Below the pieces are notes generated by a model, which ran no database searches, had not been told where the DNA came from, and was given only the letters and a program-made list of their open reading frames with translations. A DNA stretch of 63,308 nt, the filler included. It is 4 parts of 4 records of this genome, joined end to end, with 100 filler letters (N's around TTAATTAATTAA, not from the genome) between each part and the next. Parts side by side here need not be neighbours in the genome. Positions count along the whole stretch, not along the records: positions 34,557 to 56,578 come from DRR723986_5307; positions 56,679 to 63,308 come from DRR723986_5330; 2 more parts are not named here. One strand, written 5' to 3'. This document shows, one piece after another, positions 49,695-61,031 of the stretch (within the stretch, counting starts at the first letter, position 1; every line of letters starts with the position of its first letter). The position numbers and the translations under genes were made by a program.

Positions 49695-51173
49695 CTATAG
49701 TTGTGCCACAAACTCGTGCACCGGCATCACCTCAAGCCGCCCCAGACTAGCACAACTGTCCATAATGGCGTCGCATTGCTGGGCAGGAAAGCGCGTCTGA
49801 AGATTGGCCCGGAATTTCTCCACCAGCAGCGGCATACCCTCCTCTCGCCGGCGCCGGTGCCCTATCGGGTATTCCACTGCAATCTTGTCGGTACTGGAGC
49901 CATCCTTGAAGAAAACCTGTACCGCATTGGCGATTGATCGTTTATCGGCCTCAAGGTATTCACGGGTATATCGTTCATCCTCGATAACCTGCATTTTTTC
50001 TCTCAGACGGTCGATTTCTGGATGGGCCTGGTGAAAGCTGTCTTCGTAATGCTCTGCCGTCAGGTTGCCAAAGATCAGTGGCACCGCCGTCATGTACTGC
50101 AGGCAGTGATCCCGGTCTGCCGGATTGGCGAGTTTGCCCTGCTTGGAAATAATGCGAATAGCCGACTCGTGGGTGGTAATCTCTATGCGATCAATGTCTT
50201 CCAGCCGGCCCTTCACTTGTGGGTGCAGTGTTACCGCGGCCTCGGCGGCGGTCTGGGCATGAAACTCTGCCGGGAACGAGATCTTGAACAGGATGTTTTC
50301 CATCACGTAGGAGCCGAAAGGCCGTGGTAATGCGAAGCTACGTGATGATTCAGGTTTCAGGGCCTGATCTCGATTGGTCTTGCTGAAGAGGACGTCGTAG
50401 AAGCCCCATTGTGGCGCCGTCAACACCCCGGGAATGCCCATCTCCCCTCGCATGGCAATATCTGCCAGGCGAACACCCCGAGAGGTGGCATCGCCTGCCG
50501 CCCAGGATTTACGGGATCCGGCGTTGGGCGCGTGGCGATAGGTGCGCAGGGCCTGGCCATCTACCCAGGCATGAGACAGCGCGGAGAGCATCTGTTCCCG
50601 GTTGGCGCCCATCAGTTTGGCACTGACGGCCGTCGACGCCACCTTCACCAGCACAACATGATCCAACCCTACCCGGTTAAACGAGTTCTCAAGGGCAAGT
50701 ACACCCTGTATTTCATGGGCCAGAATCATGGCCTCAAGAACGGCCTTCATGGCCAATGGCGCCTGGCCATTGGCAACGCGCTTCTGCGAGAGGTGATCGG
50801 CAACCGCGAGAATAGCGCCAAGATTATCGGAGGGGTGGCCCCATTCGGCCGCCAGCTAGGTATCGTTGTAATCCAGCCAGCGGACGATACAGCCAATGTC
50901 CCAGGCGGCTTTCACCGGGTCCAGGCGGTATGGAGTGCCAGGCACCCGGGCGCCGCGGGGAACGATCGTGCCTTCCACCAGCGGGCCCAGGTGTTTGGTG
51001 CATTCCGGAAAACGCAACGCCAGCAAACCGCAGCCCAGGGTGTCCATCAGGCAATAACGGGCCGTTTCCCAGGCTTCTTCGCTTTCTATGCGGTAATCAA
51101 GGGCATAGTCGGCGATTTGTTGCAGTACGTCGTCGTAGTCCGGGCGTTCGTTGAGATCGTAAGTGGCAGACAT
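49695..51173 (-). pseudogene. prpD: 2-methylcitrate dehydratase interrupted by one in-frame TAG at 50856-50858
   Basis: One frame from ATG 51173: [14 protein letters not shown]...[20 protein letters not shown]...[10 protein letters not shown]...[14 protein letters not shown]; the stop replaces the conserved Trp. Confidence 0.88.
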
Positions 51174-51206
51174 ATTACGGCCCTCCTGTCCCAACTATAG
51201 GAGCCA

Positions 51207-52385
51207 TCAGAAGCTGTCGCCAGGTACCCTCACCCAACCTTCCATGATAATCCGCGCACTGCGGCTCATGATCGCCTTGGTGGCAGTCCACTGACCATTT
51301 ACTTCCTTCGCTTCCGCCCCCACCCGAAGGGTTCCAGACGGATGCCCGAAAGTCACATGGGTACGGTCTCCGCCGCCAGCTGCCAGATTAACCAGCGTAC
51401 CGGGAATAGCAGAGGCCGTTGCAATAGCCACCGCAGCCGTACCCATCATGGCGTGGTGGAGCTTGCCCATGGATAGCGCCCGAACCAATACATCGATATC
51501 GGCCGCATTGATCTGTTTACCGCTGGAAGACACGTAATCCGAAGGTTTGGCCACAAACGCCACTTTCGGAGTGTGCTGGCGACTGGCAGCTTCCGCGATA
51601 TCCGAGATCAGCCCCATTTTCACCGCGCCATGGGCGCGAATGGTTTCGAACATGGCCAGCGCCTTGGGGTCGCTGTTGATGTCGTTCTGCAGCTCGGTGC
51701 CCTTGTAGCCAATGTCTTCCGCATTGATGAAAATGGTCGGGATACCGGCATTGATCATGGTGGCATTCAGGGTGCCGACACCCGGCACTTCCAGCTCATC
51801 CACCAGATTACCCGTGGGGAACATGGCCCCTTCACCATCGGCAGGGTCCATAAACTCGATCTGCACTTCCGCCGCCGGGAAGGTTACGCCATCCAGTTCA
51901 AAATCACCGGTCTCCTGCACTTCACCGTTGGTGATGGGCACGTGGGCCACGATGGTTTTGCGGATGTTGGCCTGCCATATACGAACGGTACAGATGCCGT
52001 TTTCGGGAATACGCTCTTTGGCGACAAAGCCGCCGTTAATGGCGAATGCGCCTACGGCGGCGGTGAGATTGCCGCAGTTACCACTCCAGTCGACAAAGGG
52101 TTTGTCGATGGACACCTGGCCAAACAGATAATCGACGTCGTGGTCCGGTTGCGTGGGAGCTGCCAGGATTACCGATTTACTGGTGCTGGAGGTGGCATTA
52201 CCCAGGCCGTCGATCTGCTTTTCGTAGGGATCGGGGCTACCAATTACACGCAGCAAAAGCTTGTCTCGCGCTTCACCGGGTACCTGGCAGGCTTCGGGCA
52301 GATCCTGCAGGCGGAAGAATACGCCTTTACTGGTACCGCCACGCATGTAGGTGGCAGGAATACGAACTTGGGGAGCAAAACTCAT
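51207..52385 (-). CDS. prpF: 2-methylaconitate cis-trans isomerase
   Basis: YMRGGTSKG, DWSGNCGNL, SMGKLHHAMMGT, MSRSAR. Confidence 0.96.
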   Translation of the reverse strand: MSFAPQVRIPATYMRGGTSKGVFFRLQDLPEACQVPGEARDKLLLRVIGSPDPYEKQIDGLGNATSSTSKSVILAAPTQPDHDVDYLFGQVSIDKPFVDWSGNCGNLTAAVGAFAINGGFVAKERIPENGICTVRIWQANIRKTIVAHVPITNGEVQETGDFELDGVTFPAAEVQIEFMDPADGEGAMFPTGNLVDELEVPGVGTLNATMINAGIPTIFINAEDIGYKGTELQNDINSDPKALAMFETIRAHGAVKMGLISDIAEAASRQHTPKVAFVAKPSDYVSSSGKQINAADIDVLVRALSMGKLHHAMMGTAAVAIATASAIPGTLVNLAAGGGDRTHVTFGHPSGTLRVGAEAKEVNGQWTATKAIMSRSARIIMEGWVRVPGDSF

Positions 52386-52412
52386 TGAGCGAGCCTCACT
52401 TGAATGAATGTT

Positions 52413-52444
52413 TCAGGCGGGAGCCAGGAACAACTCCCGCCTGA
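52413..52444. other. Intergenic 11-bp hairpin between acnD and prpF
   Basis: TCAGGCGGGAG (52413-52423) pairs with CTCCCGCCTGA (52434-52444). Confidence 0.55.
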
Positions 52445-52458
52445 CCTTGCCATGGCGA

Positions 52459-55083
52459 TCAGGCTGCGCTTTCAGACGCCAGGAAATCCTGGGCAAAGCG
52501 CTGCAGTACCCCACCGGCAGAGTACACGGTGACTTCTTCCGCGGTATCCAGACGACAGATCACCGGCACCCGGTCCACTTCACCACTCTTGCGGTGAATG
52601 ACCAGTTCCAGCTTGGCGCCGGGGGCGGGCCTGCCTTCCACGTCGTAGGTCTCGGTACCGTCCAGCTGAAGCGTGTGGCGCGTGGTGCCTTCTTCGAACT
52701 GCAGCGGCATCACACCCATACCGATCAGGTTGGTGCGGTGAATCCGCTCGAAGCCTTCAGCGACGATGGTCTCTACACCCGCAAGGGCAACACCCTTGGC
52801 CGCCCAGTCACGGGAAGAACCCTGCCCGTAGTCTGCACCGGCAATGATGATCAACGGCTGCTTGCGTTCCATGTAGGTTTCAATGGCTTCCCACATGCGC
52901 ATGGTCTTGCCTTCCGGCTCCACACGGGCCAGGGAACCCTGCACCACTTCCCCGTTTTCGTCCCGGACCATTTCGTTGAACAGTTTCGGGTTGGCCAGGG
53001 TCGCTCGCTGGGCAGTCAGGTGGTCACCACGGTGGGTGGCGTAGGAGTTGAAGTCTTCCTCCGGCAGGCCCATCTTGTGCAGGTACTCACCGGCAGCCGA
53101 GTCCATCATGATGGCGTTGGATGGCGACAGGTGGTCTGTGGTGATGTTGTCCGGCAGGATCGCCAGCGGGCGCATACCCTTGAGCGCGCGCTCGGCGGCC
53201 ATGGTGCCTTCCCAGTATGGCGGCCGACGGATGTAGGTGGACTGCGGGCGCCACTCGTACAACGGGCTCTTGGCCTGCTCGGCTTCATCCAGGTTGAACA
53301 TCGGGATGTACACCTGCTTGAACTGCTCCGGCTTCACGTATTCGCCGACAATGCGGTCGATTTCTTCATCAGACGGCCACAGGTCTTTCAGCGTGACCGG
53401 GTTGCCATCCTTGTCGTAGCCCAGGGCGTCCTGTTCAATATCGAACCGAACGGTACCGGCGATGGCGTAGGCGACAACCAGCGGCGGTGACGCCAGGAAG
53501 GCCTGTTTCGCGTATGGGTGAATCCGGCCATCGAAGTTCCGGTTACCGGAGAGAACGGCAGTGGAATACAGATCCCGGTCGATGATCTCCTGCTGGATTT
53601 TCGGGTCCAGTGCGCCAGACATGCCGTTACAGGTGGTGCAGGCATAGGCCACGATGCCGAAACCCAGCTTCTCCAGCTCTGGCAACAAACCGGCTTCTTC
53701 CAGATACAGGCGGGCCACTTTGGAACCCGGTGCGAAGGAAGATTTCACCCACGGCTTGCGCACCAGCCCCAGCTCGTTGGCTTTCTTGGCCAGCAGGCCA
53801 GCAGCCACCACGTTGCGGGGGTTCGAGGTGTTGGTGCAGGAAGTGATGGCAGCAATGATCACCGCGCCATCCGGCATCAGGCCCTTTTTCTCTTCTTCCA
53901 GTGCCTTGTCCAGATTCACGGCAATGCCGCGATCGTGCAGATCGGACGTGGCGACACGGCGGTGCGGGTTGGACGGGCCAGCCACGTTACGAACCACGGT
54001 AGACAGATCAAACTCCAGCACGCGCTCGTACTGAGCCTCGGTCATCTCGCTGGCCCACAGGCCGGTTTCCTTGGCGTACTTCTCAACCAGGTCTACCTGC
54101 TCTGGCTCACGGCCGGTCAGTTTCAGGTAGTCAATGGTCTGCTCGTCGATGTAGAACATCGCGGCCGTAGCACCGTATTCCGGGGTCATGTTGGAAATGG
54201 TGGCCCGGTCGCCGATGGTCAGGCTCGACGCACCTTCGCCGAAGAATTCCAGGTAGGCGCCGACCACACGCTCCTTACGCAGGAACTCGGTAATCGCCAG
54301 AACAATATCGGTGGCGGTAATGCCCGGCTGGCGCTTTCCAGTCAGCTTCACACCCACGATATCCGGCAGACGCATCATGGACGGACGGCCCAGCATCACA
54401 GTTTCCGCTTCCAGACCGCCCACGCCTACGGCGATAACACCCAACGCATCAATGTGCGGCGTATGGCTGTCGGTACCCACACAGGTATCCGGGAAGGCAA
54501 TCGGGTGACCGTCTTCATCCGGGCGGTTCTGAATCACCGGCGACATCTTCTCCAGGTTGATCTGGTGCATGATGCCGTTACCGGCCGGAATCACGTCCAC
54601 GTTCTTGAACGCGGTGCGGGTCCAGTTGATGAAGTGAAAACGGTCTTCGTTACGACGGTCTTCGATGGCGCGGTTCTTCTCGAAGGCATCCGGGTCGAAA
54701 CCCGGGGCTTCCACGGCCAGGGAATGGTCAACAATCAACTGGGTCTGAACCACCGGGTTGACCTTGGAGGGATCACCGCCCTTCTCGGCAATGGCATCGC
54801 GCAGGCCGGCCAGGTCCACCAGGGCGGTCTGGCCCAGGATGTCATGGCACACCACCCGCGCCGGGTACCAGGGGAAATCCAGGTCGCGGCGGCGCTCAAT
54901 CAGCTGCTTGAGGGAATCGGTCAGCGATTCCGCATCGCAACGGCGCACCAACTGTTCCGCCAGAATCTTGGAGGTATACGGCAGCTTGGCGTAGGCGCCC
55001 GGCTGGATGTCTTCCACCGCCTGGCGCGTATCGTAGTATTTCAGTTCCGTGCCCGGCAGGGCTTTACGGTATTGGGTATTCAT
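52459..55083 (-). CDS. acnD: Fe/S-dependent 2-methylisocitrate dehydratase
   Basis: MNTQYRKALPG, VVCHDILGQTALVDLAG, GTDSHT, AITSCTNTSNP, ACTTCNGMSG, YGQGSSRDWAAKG; between prpC and prpF. Confidence 0.96.
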   Translation of the reverse strand: MNTQYRKALPGTELKYYDTRQAVEDIQPGAYAKLPYTSKILAEQLVRRCDAESLTDSLKQLIERRRDLDFPWYPARVVCHDILGQTALVDLAGLRDAIAEKGGDPSKVNPVVQTQLIVDHSLAVEAPGFDPDAFEKNRAIEDRRNEDRFHFINWTRTAFKNVDVIPAGNGIMHQINLEKMSPVIQNRPDEDGHPIAFPDTCVGTDSHTPHIDALGVIAVGVGGLEAETVMLGRPSMMRLPDIVGVKLTGKRQPGITATDIVLAITEFLRKERVVGAYLEFFGEGASSLTIGDRATISNMTPEYGATAAMFYIDEQTIDYLKLTGREPEQVDLVEKYAKETGLWASEMTEAQYERVLEFDLSTVVRNVAGPSNPHRRVATSDLHDRGIAVNLDKALEEEKKGLMPDGAVIIAAITSCTNTSNPRNVVAAGLLAKKANELGLVRKPWVKSSFAPGSKVARLYLEEAGLLPELEKLGFGIVAYACTTCNGMSGALDPKIQQEIIDRDLYSTAVLSGNRNFDGRIHPYAKQAFLASPPLVVAYAIAGTVRFDIEQDALGYDKDGNPVTLKDLWPSDEEIDRIVGEYVKPEQFKQVYIPMFNLDEAEQAKSPLYEWRPQSTYIRRPPYWEGTMAAERALKGMRPLAILPDNITTDHLSPSNAIMMDSAAGEYLHKMGLPEEDFNSYATHRGDHLTAQRATLANPKLFNEMVRDENGEVVQGSLARVEPEGKTMRMWEAIETYMERKQPLIIIAGADYGQGSSRDWAAKGVALAGVETIVAEGFERIHRTNLIGMGVMPLQFEEGTTRHTLQLDGTETYDVEGRPAPGAKLELVIHRKSGEVDRVPVICRLDTAEEVTVYSAGGVLQRFAQDFLASESAA

Positions 55084-55091
55084 AGTCTCTC

Positions 55092-56225
55092 TCAGCTCCG
55101 CTTGTCGATGGGCAACCAGTCCTGATGTTCAGGGCCTGTGTACTCAGCGCTCGGGCGGATAATTCGGTTGTTGGCGCGCTGCTCTTTCACGTGGGCGGTC
55201 CAGCCGGATACCCGGGACATCACGAAGATGGGCGTGAACAACTCGGTCGGAATGCCCATGAAGTGATAGGCCGAGGCGTGGAAGAAGTCGGCGTTACAGA
55301 ACAGCTTCTTCTCACGCCACATGACTTCCTCACAGCGAACGGAAACCGGGTACAGCACGGTATCGCCCACTTCCTTGGCCAGCTTTTCAGACCACTTTTT
55401 GATAATGGCATTGCGCGGGTCGGATTCGCTGTAGATGGCGTGCCCGAAGCCCATGATTTTTTCTTTGCGTTCCAGCATGCCCATCAGGCCGGCTTCGGCC
55501 TCTTCCGGGGTCTTGAACTTCTGAATCAGTTCCATCGCCGCTTCGTTGGCGCCGCCGTGCAGCGGGCCGCGCAGGGAGCCGATAGCACCGGTCACGCAGC
55601 TGTGGATGTCAGACAACGTGGAGGCGCATACACGAGCAGTGAAGGTGGAGGCGTTGAATTCGTGCTCCGCGTAAAGAATCAGGGAGACGTTCATCACCCG
55701 CTCATGCAGCTCGCTGGGCTTCTTGCCGTGCAGCAGTTCCAGGAACACGCCACCAATGGAATCGCATTCGGTATTGGCGGTATCAATGCGAATGCCCTCG
55801 TGGGCAAAGCGGTACCAGTAAGTGATGATGGCCGGGAACACCGCCAGCATGCGGTCGATCTTGTCGTCCTGCTCGCTGAAATCCTGTTCGGTTTCCAGGT
55901 TACCGAGCATGGAGCAACCGGTACGCATCACATCCATCGGATGGGCGTCCTTGGGGATCTGCTCCAGCACCAGCTTCAGGGCTTCCGGCAGGTTACGCAG
56001 GCTCTTGAGCTTGGTTTTGTAGGCATCCAGCTCGGCCTGGTTCGGCAGTTTGCCTCGCAGCAGAAGGTAAGCCACTTCTTCGAACTGGGCGTTATCCGCC
56101 AGATCGGTAATATCGTATCCGCGGTAGGTCAGGCCGGTACCGGTTTTGCCAACGGTGCACAGGGCGGTTTCACCAGCTACCTGGCCACGCAGGCCAGCGC
56201 CACCGAGTTTCTTTGCTTCAGCCAT
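55092..56225 (-). CDS. prpC: 2-methylcitrate synthase
   Basis: GAGLRGQVAG, YAEHEFNASTF, GPLHGGANE, MGFGHAIY, FCNADFF. Confidence 0.96.
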   Translation of the reverse strand: MAEAKKLGGAGLRGQVAGETALCTVGKTGTGLTYRGYDITDLADNAQFEEVAYLLLRGKLPNQAELDAYKTKLKSLRNLPEALKLVLEQIPKDAHPMDVMRTGCSMLGNLETEQDFSEQDDKIDRMLAVFPAIITYWYRFAHEGIRIDTANTECDSIGGVFLELLHGKKPSELHERVMNVSLILYAEHEFNASTFTARVCASTLSDIHSCVTGAIGSLRGPLHGGANEAAMELIQKFKTPEEAEAGLMGMLERKEKIMGFGHAIYSESDPRNAIIKKWSEKLAKEVGDTVLYPVSVRCEEVMWREKKLFCNADFFHASAYHFMGIPTELFTPIFVMSRVSGWTAHVKEQRANNRIIRPSAEYTGPEHQDWLPIDKRS

Positions 56226-56272
56226 GTTGGTCTCCCAGATTTTCTGTTTATATTTTGTTCAGTTTAACGCAA

Positions 56273-56578
56273 TCAGTCTTTTTTCTGAGCGAACAGCTGG
56301 TCCAGCTTCTGCTCGAAATCGTGGTAGTTAAGGAAATCGTACAGCTCCATACGGGTCTGCATCAGGTCAACCACGTCTTTCTGGTCACCTTTTTCCAGAA
56401 TATTCTGGTATACCGTCAACGCTGCCTTGTTCATGGCACGGAAGGCGCTCAGCGGGTACAGCACCATCGCCGCGCCGGCATCCGCCAGTTCTTTCCGGTT
56501 GTACAGCGGCGTGGCGCCAAATTCGGTGATGTTGGCCAGAATCGGCGCATCGATCGCCTCGGCAAAGGCTTTGTAGTC
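56273..56578 (-). CDS. prpB: Methylisocitrate lyase (C-terminal part)
   Basis: [13 protein letters not shown]...[16 protein letters not shown]...[24 protein letters not shown]. Confidence 0.93.
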   Translation of the reverse strand, partial: DYKAFAEAIDAPILANITEFGATPLYNRKELADAGAAMVLYPLSAFRAMNKAALTVYQNILEKGDQKDVVDLMQTRMELYDFLNYHDFEQKLDQLFAQKKD

Positions 56579-56678
56579 NNNNNNNNNNNNNNNNNNNNNN
56601 NNNNNNNNNNNNNNNNNNNNNNTTAATTAATTAANNNNNNNNNNNNNNNNNNNNNNNNNNNNNNNNNNNNNNNNNNNN
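56579..56678. other. Artificial contig spacer
   Basis: N44-TTAATTAATTAA-N44. Confidence 0.98.
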
Positions 56679-58909
56679 GACATTTTGCGATAGCGCTCTT
56701 CCATCTCGCCCACGACCCATTTCAGCGCCACAACCGCCTTTTTAGGGTCTGTTACAACCGGCGACAGCAAATGCGGGATGCCATCGTAAACCGACAATTC
56801 CAGCATCTTCGGGTCGATCATGATCAACCGGCAATCATCTGGCGTCAGCTTATAGAGCAGCGACAAGATCATCGTGTTGATCGCCACCGATTTCCCCGAG
56901 CCGGTGGTGCCCGCAATCAGCAAATGGGGCATTTTCGCAAGGTTGGCCACCATCGGTTCGCCACCAATATCCTTGCCCAGCGCCAAAGGCAGCTTGTGGC
57001 TGCCATCGCCATAGGCGCGGCTGGACAGGATTTCGCGAAAACTAACCATCTCGCGGTTGTCATTGGGCAGTTCGATCCCAATAACCGAGCGGCCAGGCAC
57101 CGTAGACACACGTGCCGACAAGGCCGACATCGAACGCGCGATATCATCTGCCAGACCAATCACGCGGCTGGCCTTTAGGCCCGGTGCCGGCTCTAGCTCG
57201 TACATGGTTACAACGGGGCCAGGGCGCACGCTGACGATTTCGCCTTTCACGCCATAATCATCCAGCACGGTTTCCAACATGCGGGCGTTTTCCTCGAGCG
57301 CCTCATCAGACAGGTGATGGCGCTCAATATGCACGGGGTTGGCCAGCAGGCTGAGCGGCGGCAGTTCATAGCTTTGTGCTGCGCTCTCTTCCAAGGGCAG
57401 CTTTGGCTGGGCCTCGGCACGGGCGCGGGCCGAGGGCTGCAGCGGCTTGCGCGGCGGGTGCTGCACCACTTTGCGTGCCTCAGGCAGGGGCACCGCAGGG
57501 GGGTTTACCGCCTGGGCTATAAAACCCGGCTTTTCATCGCCATCGTCATCGCTATACGCAGCCCCGTGGCCTGGGTCATAATGGGTGGCGTCTGCATCGG
57601 CATAACCGCCCATGCCATAGCCGCGATCTGAGGCAAAATATGCCGCGCCGTCAGTGGTAAAATCATCACTGGTAAAATCATCACGGGCAAAATTATCGCG
57701 GGCAAAATCATCACCTTGGCCATAGGCCATATCGGCACCCTCGGCATGATCTGCGCCTGCGTGCACGTCGGTAAAGATATTATCAGCCGCAGGCGCCACT
57801 GCTGCTGCTGCTGCACTGCGGGCGGTCAGGGGCGGTTCGGGCGGCAGGGCATGTGCTGCCTTGGCATCGAAAATCAACGGGTCTGGGCCACGACCGCGGC
57901 CCTTGGTCAGCGGCTTATCCGCCGCCAAGGCCGGCGCCGCCACGCCGCGCACGCGGCTTTTGATAGCATCAGAAATCTTGGCGCGAATACGCGCCTCGCC
58001 CGGCATATCGGGGGCGTCATAATCGGGGGCATGCGCCTCGATCAGTTCTGGTTCGGGCATCTCATCGGGGCGGCGCACCAGCCCCGGCACCCGCGACAGC
58101 AGGCCAGGCTTGCGCGGGGCGGCGGGGGCATCGGCGGGCATATCGGCGGCGGGCATATCGGCCATGGCATCGCTTGCGATCATGCCGGCCGCGGCCGCCT
58201 GGCGGCGGGCCTCTTTGCGGGCCTGCACCGATTGTGCCGCCTGCACCGCGCCGCTGGCGCCACGGCCCAATAGCACCATGATTTTGGCATAGCTCATGAT
58301 CAGACCGATCAGCATAAAGCGCGCCGCGCGGCCCAGCTCGGCGCGGGTAAAGCCCAACACAAACGCGCCCAGCACCACCATGCCCAGGCCCAGCAGCGCA
58401 GACAGCAGTTTCAGGCCAAAGCTGGCATGAACGGGCAAAATATTTAGCAACATCGCCAAAACAGTATCGCCAAACAACCCACCCAGGCCAAAGCTGTGGG
58501 CGGCAGCCCAAACCGCATCGGGCGTAAGCGAGGCGGCATAAAGCGATAAAACCGCCAACCAGACAGGCACAAAAATAAGCCGCCCCAGCGCGCGGTCGGC
58601 ACCGGTATGCAGCACCATGCGCAGCCCCCAAGCGGCGATCACGGCAAACAGCCCCCAGCCGCCCAGGCCCACCACCATATGCACCGGCGCCGCAACCGAG
58701 GCGCCAAACCGCCCCAGCAGGTTTTGCGCGGGCTGTTCGCTGGCCGACAGGAAATAAGGATCATCCGGGTGATAGCTAAACAGCAGCACCCCCAGCCCCG
58801 AGGCCACGACCAGCAACGCGATGCCCAGCAATTCCTTGCTGCGCTTTTCCAGCGTCTGCGCCATTTCGCTGTCAAATAGCGGGTCTCGGCCCCGTGTCTG
58901 ATATGCCAT
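56679..58909 (-). CDS. ftsK: DNA translocase FtsK (C-terminus cut by contig end)
   Basis: N-terminal TM domain, long linker, [42 protein letters not shown]. Confidence 0.96.
57656..57715. repeat. 4 x 15-bp imperfect tandem repeat in the ftsK linker
   Basis: ggtaaaatcatcact / ggtaaaatcatcacg / ggcaaaattatcgcg / ggcaaaatcatcacc; encodes [20 protein letters not shown]. Confidence 0.85.
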
Positions 58910-58950
58910 GCTGTGCCTCGTCCGTTTCTTTTTGTTATTCTTTGTAAATC

Positions 58951-60129
58951 TTAACCGTAGATGCAGTTGCGCAGATCGATCAGCGCGGGGCGCATTTCAT
59001 CGATTGGCGCCACCATCGCCACGCGAATATAGCCGCGGCCGGGGTTGCCCTGATCGGTCTCTTTGCTGAGATAGGCGCCGGGCAACACCCGCACGCCGGT
59101 TTCGCGCCAGGCCTTTAGGGCCGCCGTTTCGCCATCATCCACTGGCAACCACAGGAAAAACCCCGCCTCGGGGCCAATGTAGCTGTTGATCGGGGCGAAA
59201 ATCTGGTCTGCGGCCAGATATTTCTCGCCATAAAGGCGGCGGTTTTCTTGCACATGCGCCTCGTCGGCCCACACCGCCTGCGCCACGCGCTGCAAAGGCA
59301 GCGGCATGGGCGCACCGGAATAGGCGCGCAGCTGCTTCATGCGCGCGATGCTATCAGGCCCGCCCGCCACAAAGCCCGCCCGCAGCCCCGGCAGGTTAGA
59401 GCGTTTCGAGAGCGAGTGGAAAATCACCACGCGCTCGGGGTTTGCGCCCATCTCGGTGGCCACCTCTAGGGCGCCCACCGGCGGGGTGCTGCGGTAAATC
59501 TCGCTGTAGCATTCATCGGCGAAGATTTGGAAATCATACTGCTCGGCCAGGGCGATCAGCTGTTGCCAAAAGGCGCGGCTGGCCACCGCGCCCTGCGGGT
59601 TGGCAGGCGAGCAGATATAGGCGGCACTGACACGGTTCAGCAGCGCCGGGGGCAAGCTGGCATAATCGGGCAAATACCCGCCGTCGCGCGTGGCTGGCAC
59701 AAACACGGGCTGGGCGGCCACCGAAATGGCGCCGATCATATACACCTGATAAAACGGGTTCGGCATCAAGATCACCGGCTTGTCGCCGGCTTTTTCTTCG
59801 GCAACCAAGGCCATACAGGCGTTATAAAGCCCCTCGCGCGTGCCATTCAGGGCCATCACATTTGTTTCCGGGTCCAGGCGCACCCCATAGCGGCGGCTGA
59901 TCCAATCTGTGATCGCTTGGCGCAGTTCTGGCGCACCTTCGTTTGGGGGGTATTGGCCAAAGCCTGCACTCTCGCGCTGCAAAATCTCGCCCACCCAGCT
60001 GGGGAAGGCATGTTTTGGCTCGCCAATCGTCATATGGCGCACGGGCCCGCCTGCGGGATGCTGATCCAACAGGGCGCGCAGGCGCGGAAACGCATAGGCC
60101 GGTAGGTTCGAAAACCGCTCGGGGAACAT
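58951..60129 (-). CDS. PLP-dependent aminotransferase class I/II (DapC-like)
   Basis: [45 protein letters not shown]. Confidence 0.88.
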   Translation of the reverse strand: MFPERFSNLPAYAFPRLRALLDQHPAGGPVRHMTIGEPKHAFPSWVGEILQRESAGFGQYPPNEGAPELRQAITDWISRRYGVRLDPETNVMALNGTREGLYNACMALVAEEKAGDKPVILMPNPFYQVYMIGAISVAAQPVFVPATRDGGYLPDYASLPPALLNRVSAAYICSPANPQGAVASRAFWQQLIALAEQYDFQIFADECYSEIYRSTPPVGALEVATEMGANPERVVIFHSLSKRSNLPGLRAGFVAGGPDSIARMKQLRAYSGAPMPLPLQRVAQAVWADEAHVQENRRLYGEKYLAADQIFAPINSYIGPEAGFFLWLPVDDGETAALKAWRETGVRVLPGAYLSKETDQGNPGRGYIRVAMVAPIDEMRPALIDLRNCIYG

Positions 60130-60276
60130 GATGCTGCCTCAAATATACGGGGTCTCTATGGCCCCTTTAGCCATCAAATTACCCAAAGCCCGGGCATACG
60201 TCCAGAAAAAGCGTGGCAAAGCATGGCGGCTGTGTCTTTTCGGACAAATCCCAACCAGCCTTTGGCCTGGCACATG

Positions 60277-60304
60277 AAAAAGGCGCCCAAAGGGGGCGCC
60301 TTTT
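60277..60304 (-). terminator. Rho-independent terminator downstream of the IalB-family gene
   Basis: AAAAGGCGCCC-loop-GGGCGCCTTTT stem with a U-tract on the minus strand. Confidence 0.75.
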
Positions 60305-60328
60305 GGCGGGCCGCAAAGGCGGGTGTGA

Positions 60329-60856
60329 TTACTGGCAGCGCTTTTCGGCCTCGTCCAGCGCGGCGGTAAAGCCCAACAGCGAAAACGTGTCTTTCGTCAC
60401 CGTTCCCCGAGACGAGCGTGCCGTCAGCGCAGCGTTCGAGCCACGCTTCATCGCGGCGATAATCTTGGCATCATCAGCGGCACTGGCAGGCCAGGCCCAT
60501 TCGCCCTCGGTAAACAGCTCGTATTGGGCGCCATCCACATCTAGCGTCACGGTTGAGCCACCTGCAAAAGGATAGCCGCCGGTAAAGCCCAGCTGCCCTT
60601 TTACCCCGGCGGCCGGGCGGAAAAACGCCATCAGCAAAATTTCACCGCGGCGCACCGATACAACCCGCCCATCGCGGGTGTTCACCGTTTCCTTGGGCGC
60701 CGACACTGCCCAGCATTCTTTTGGTTCTTGCTCTTCGAAAACCGCCCAGTCGGTTTTGGCAGCCACCTGATTTTCGCTGACCTGTTGCGCCCATGCGCCT
60801 TGGCTTGCCGCCATCACAAGGGCCAAGGCCAGCCCTGTTGCAGTTCGAAATACCAT
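60329..60856 (-). CDS. Invasion-associated locus B (IalB) family secreted protein
   Basis: Signal peptide, DWAVF...ECWAVSAP, AMKRG, DTFSLLGFTAALDEAEKRC. Confidence 0.8.
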   Translation of the reverse strand: MVFRTATGLALALVMAASQGAWAQQVSENQVAAKTDWAVFEEQEPKECWAVSAPKETVNTRDGRVVSVRRGEILLMAFFRPAAGVKGQLGFTGGYPFAGGSTVTLDVDGAQYELFTEGEWAWPASAADDAKIIAAMKRGSNAALTARSSRGTVTKDTFSLLGFTAALDEAEKRCQ

Positions 60857-61031
60857 ATGCCCAGCCTCCAGCTGTCCTTCGCCTCAATCACCAAGGAACC
60901 CCGCTGCATCTTGCGATTTGCCTATATGGGGTTCTATTCTTCTCGACAGTGCTACACTAACGTGAAACGTGCCACTGGCGAAAGGGGCCATGGGCAGTTT
61001 TTCGCCAGCGCTCACATAAAGGATATCAAAA

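Noticed and set aside
50856..50858. Stop-codon reassignment or pyrrolysine at the prpD TAG
   Set aside because: TAG is a normal terminator on the same contig, the position is a conserved Trp one base away, and no pyl genes are present.
52408..56267. Long plus-strand ORFs (360, 535, 380 aa)
   Set aside because: Antisense shadows of acnD and prpC.
57656..57715. Short repeats as a CRISPR array
   Set aside because: Contiguous 15-bp in-frame units with no spacers, inside ftsK; no cas genes.
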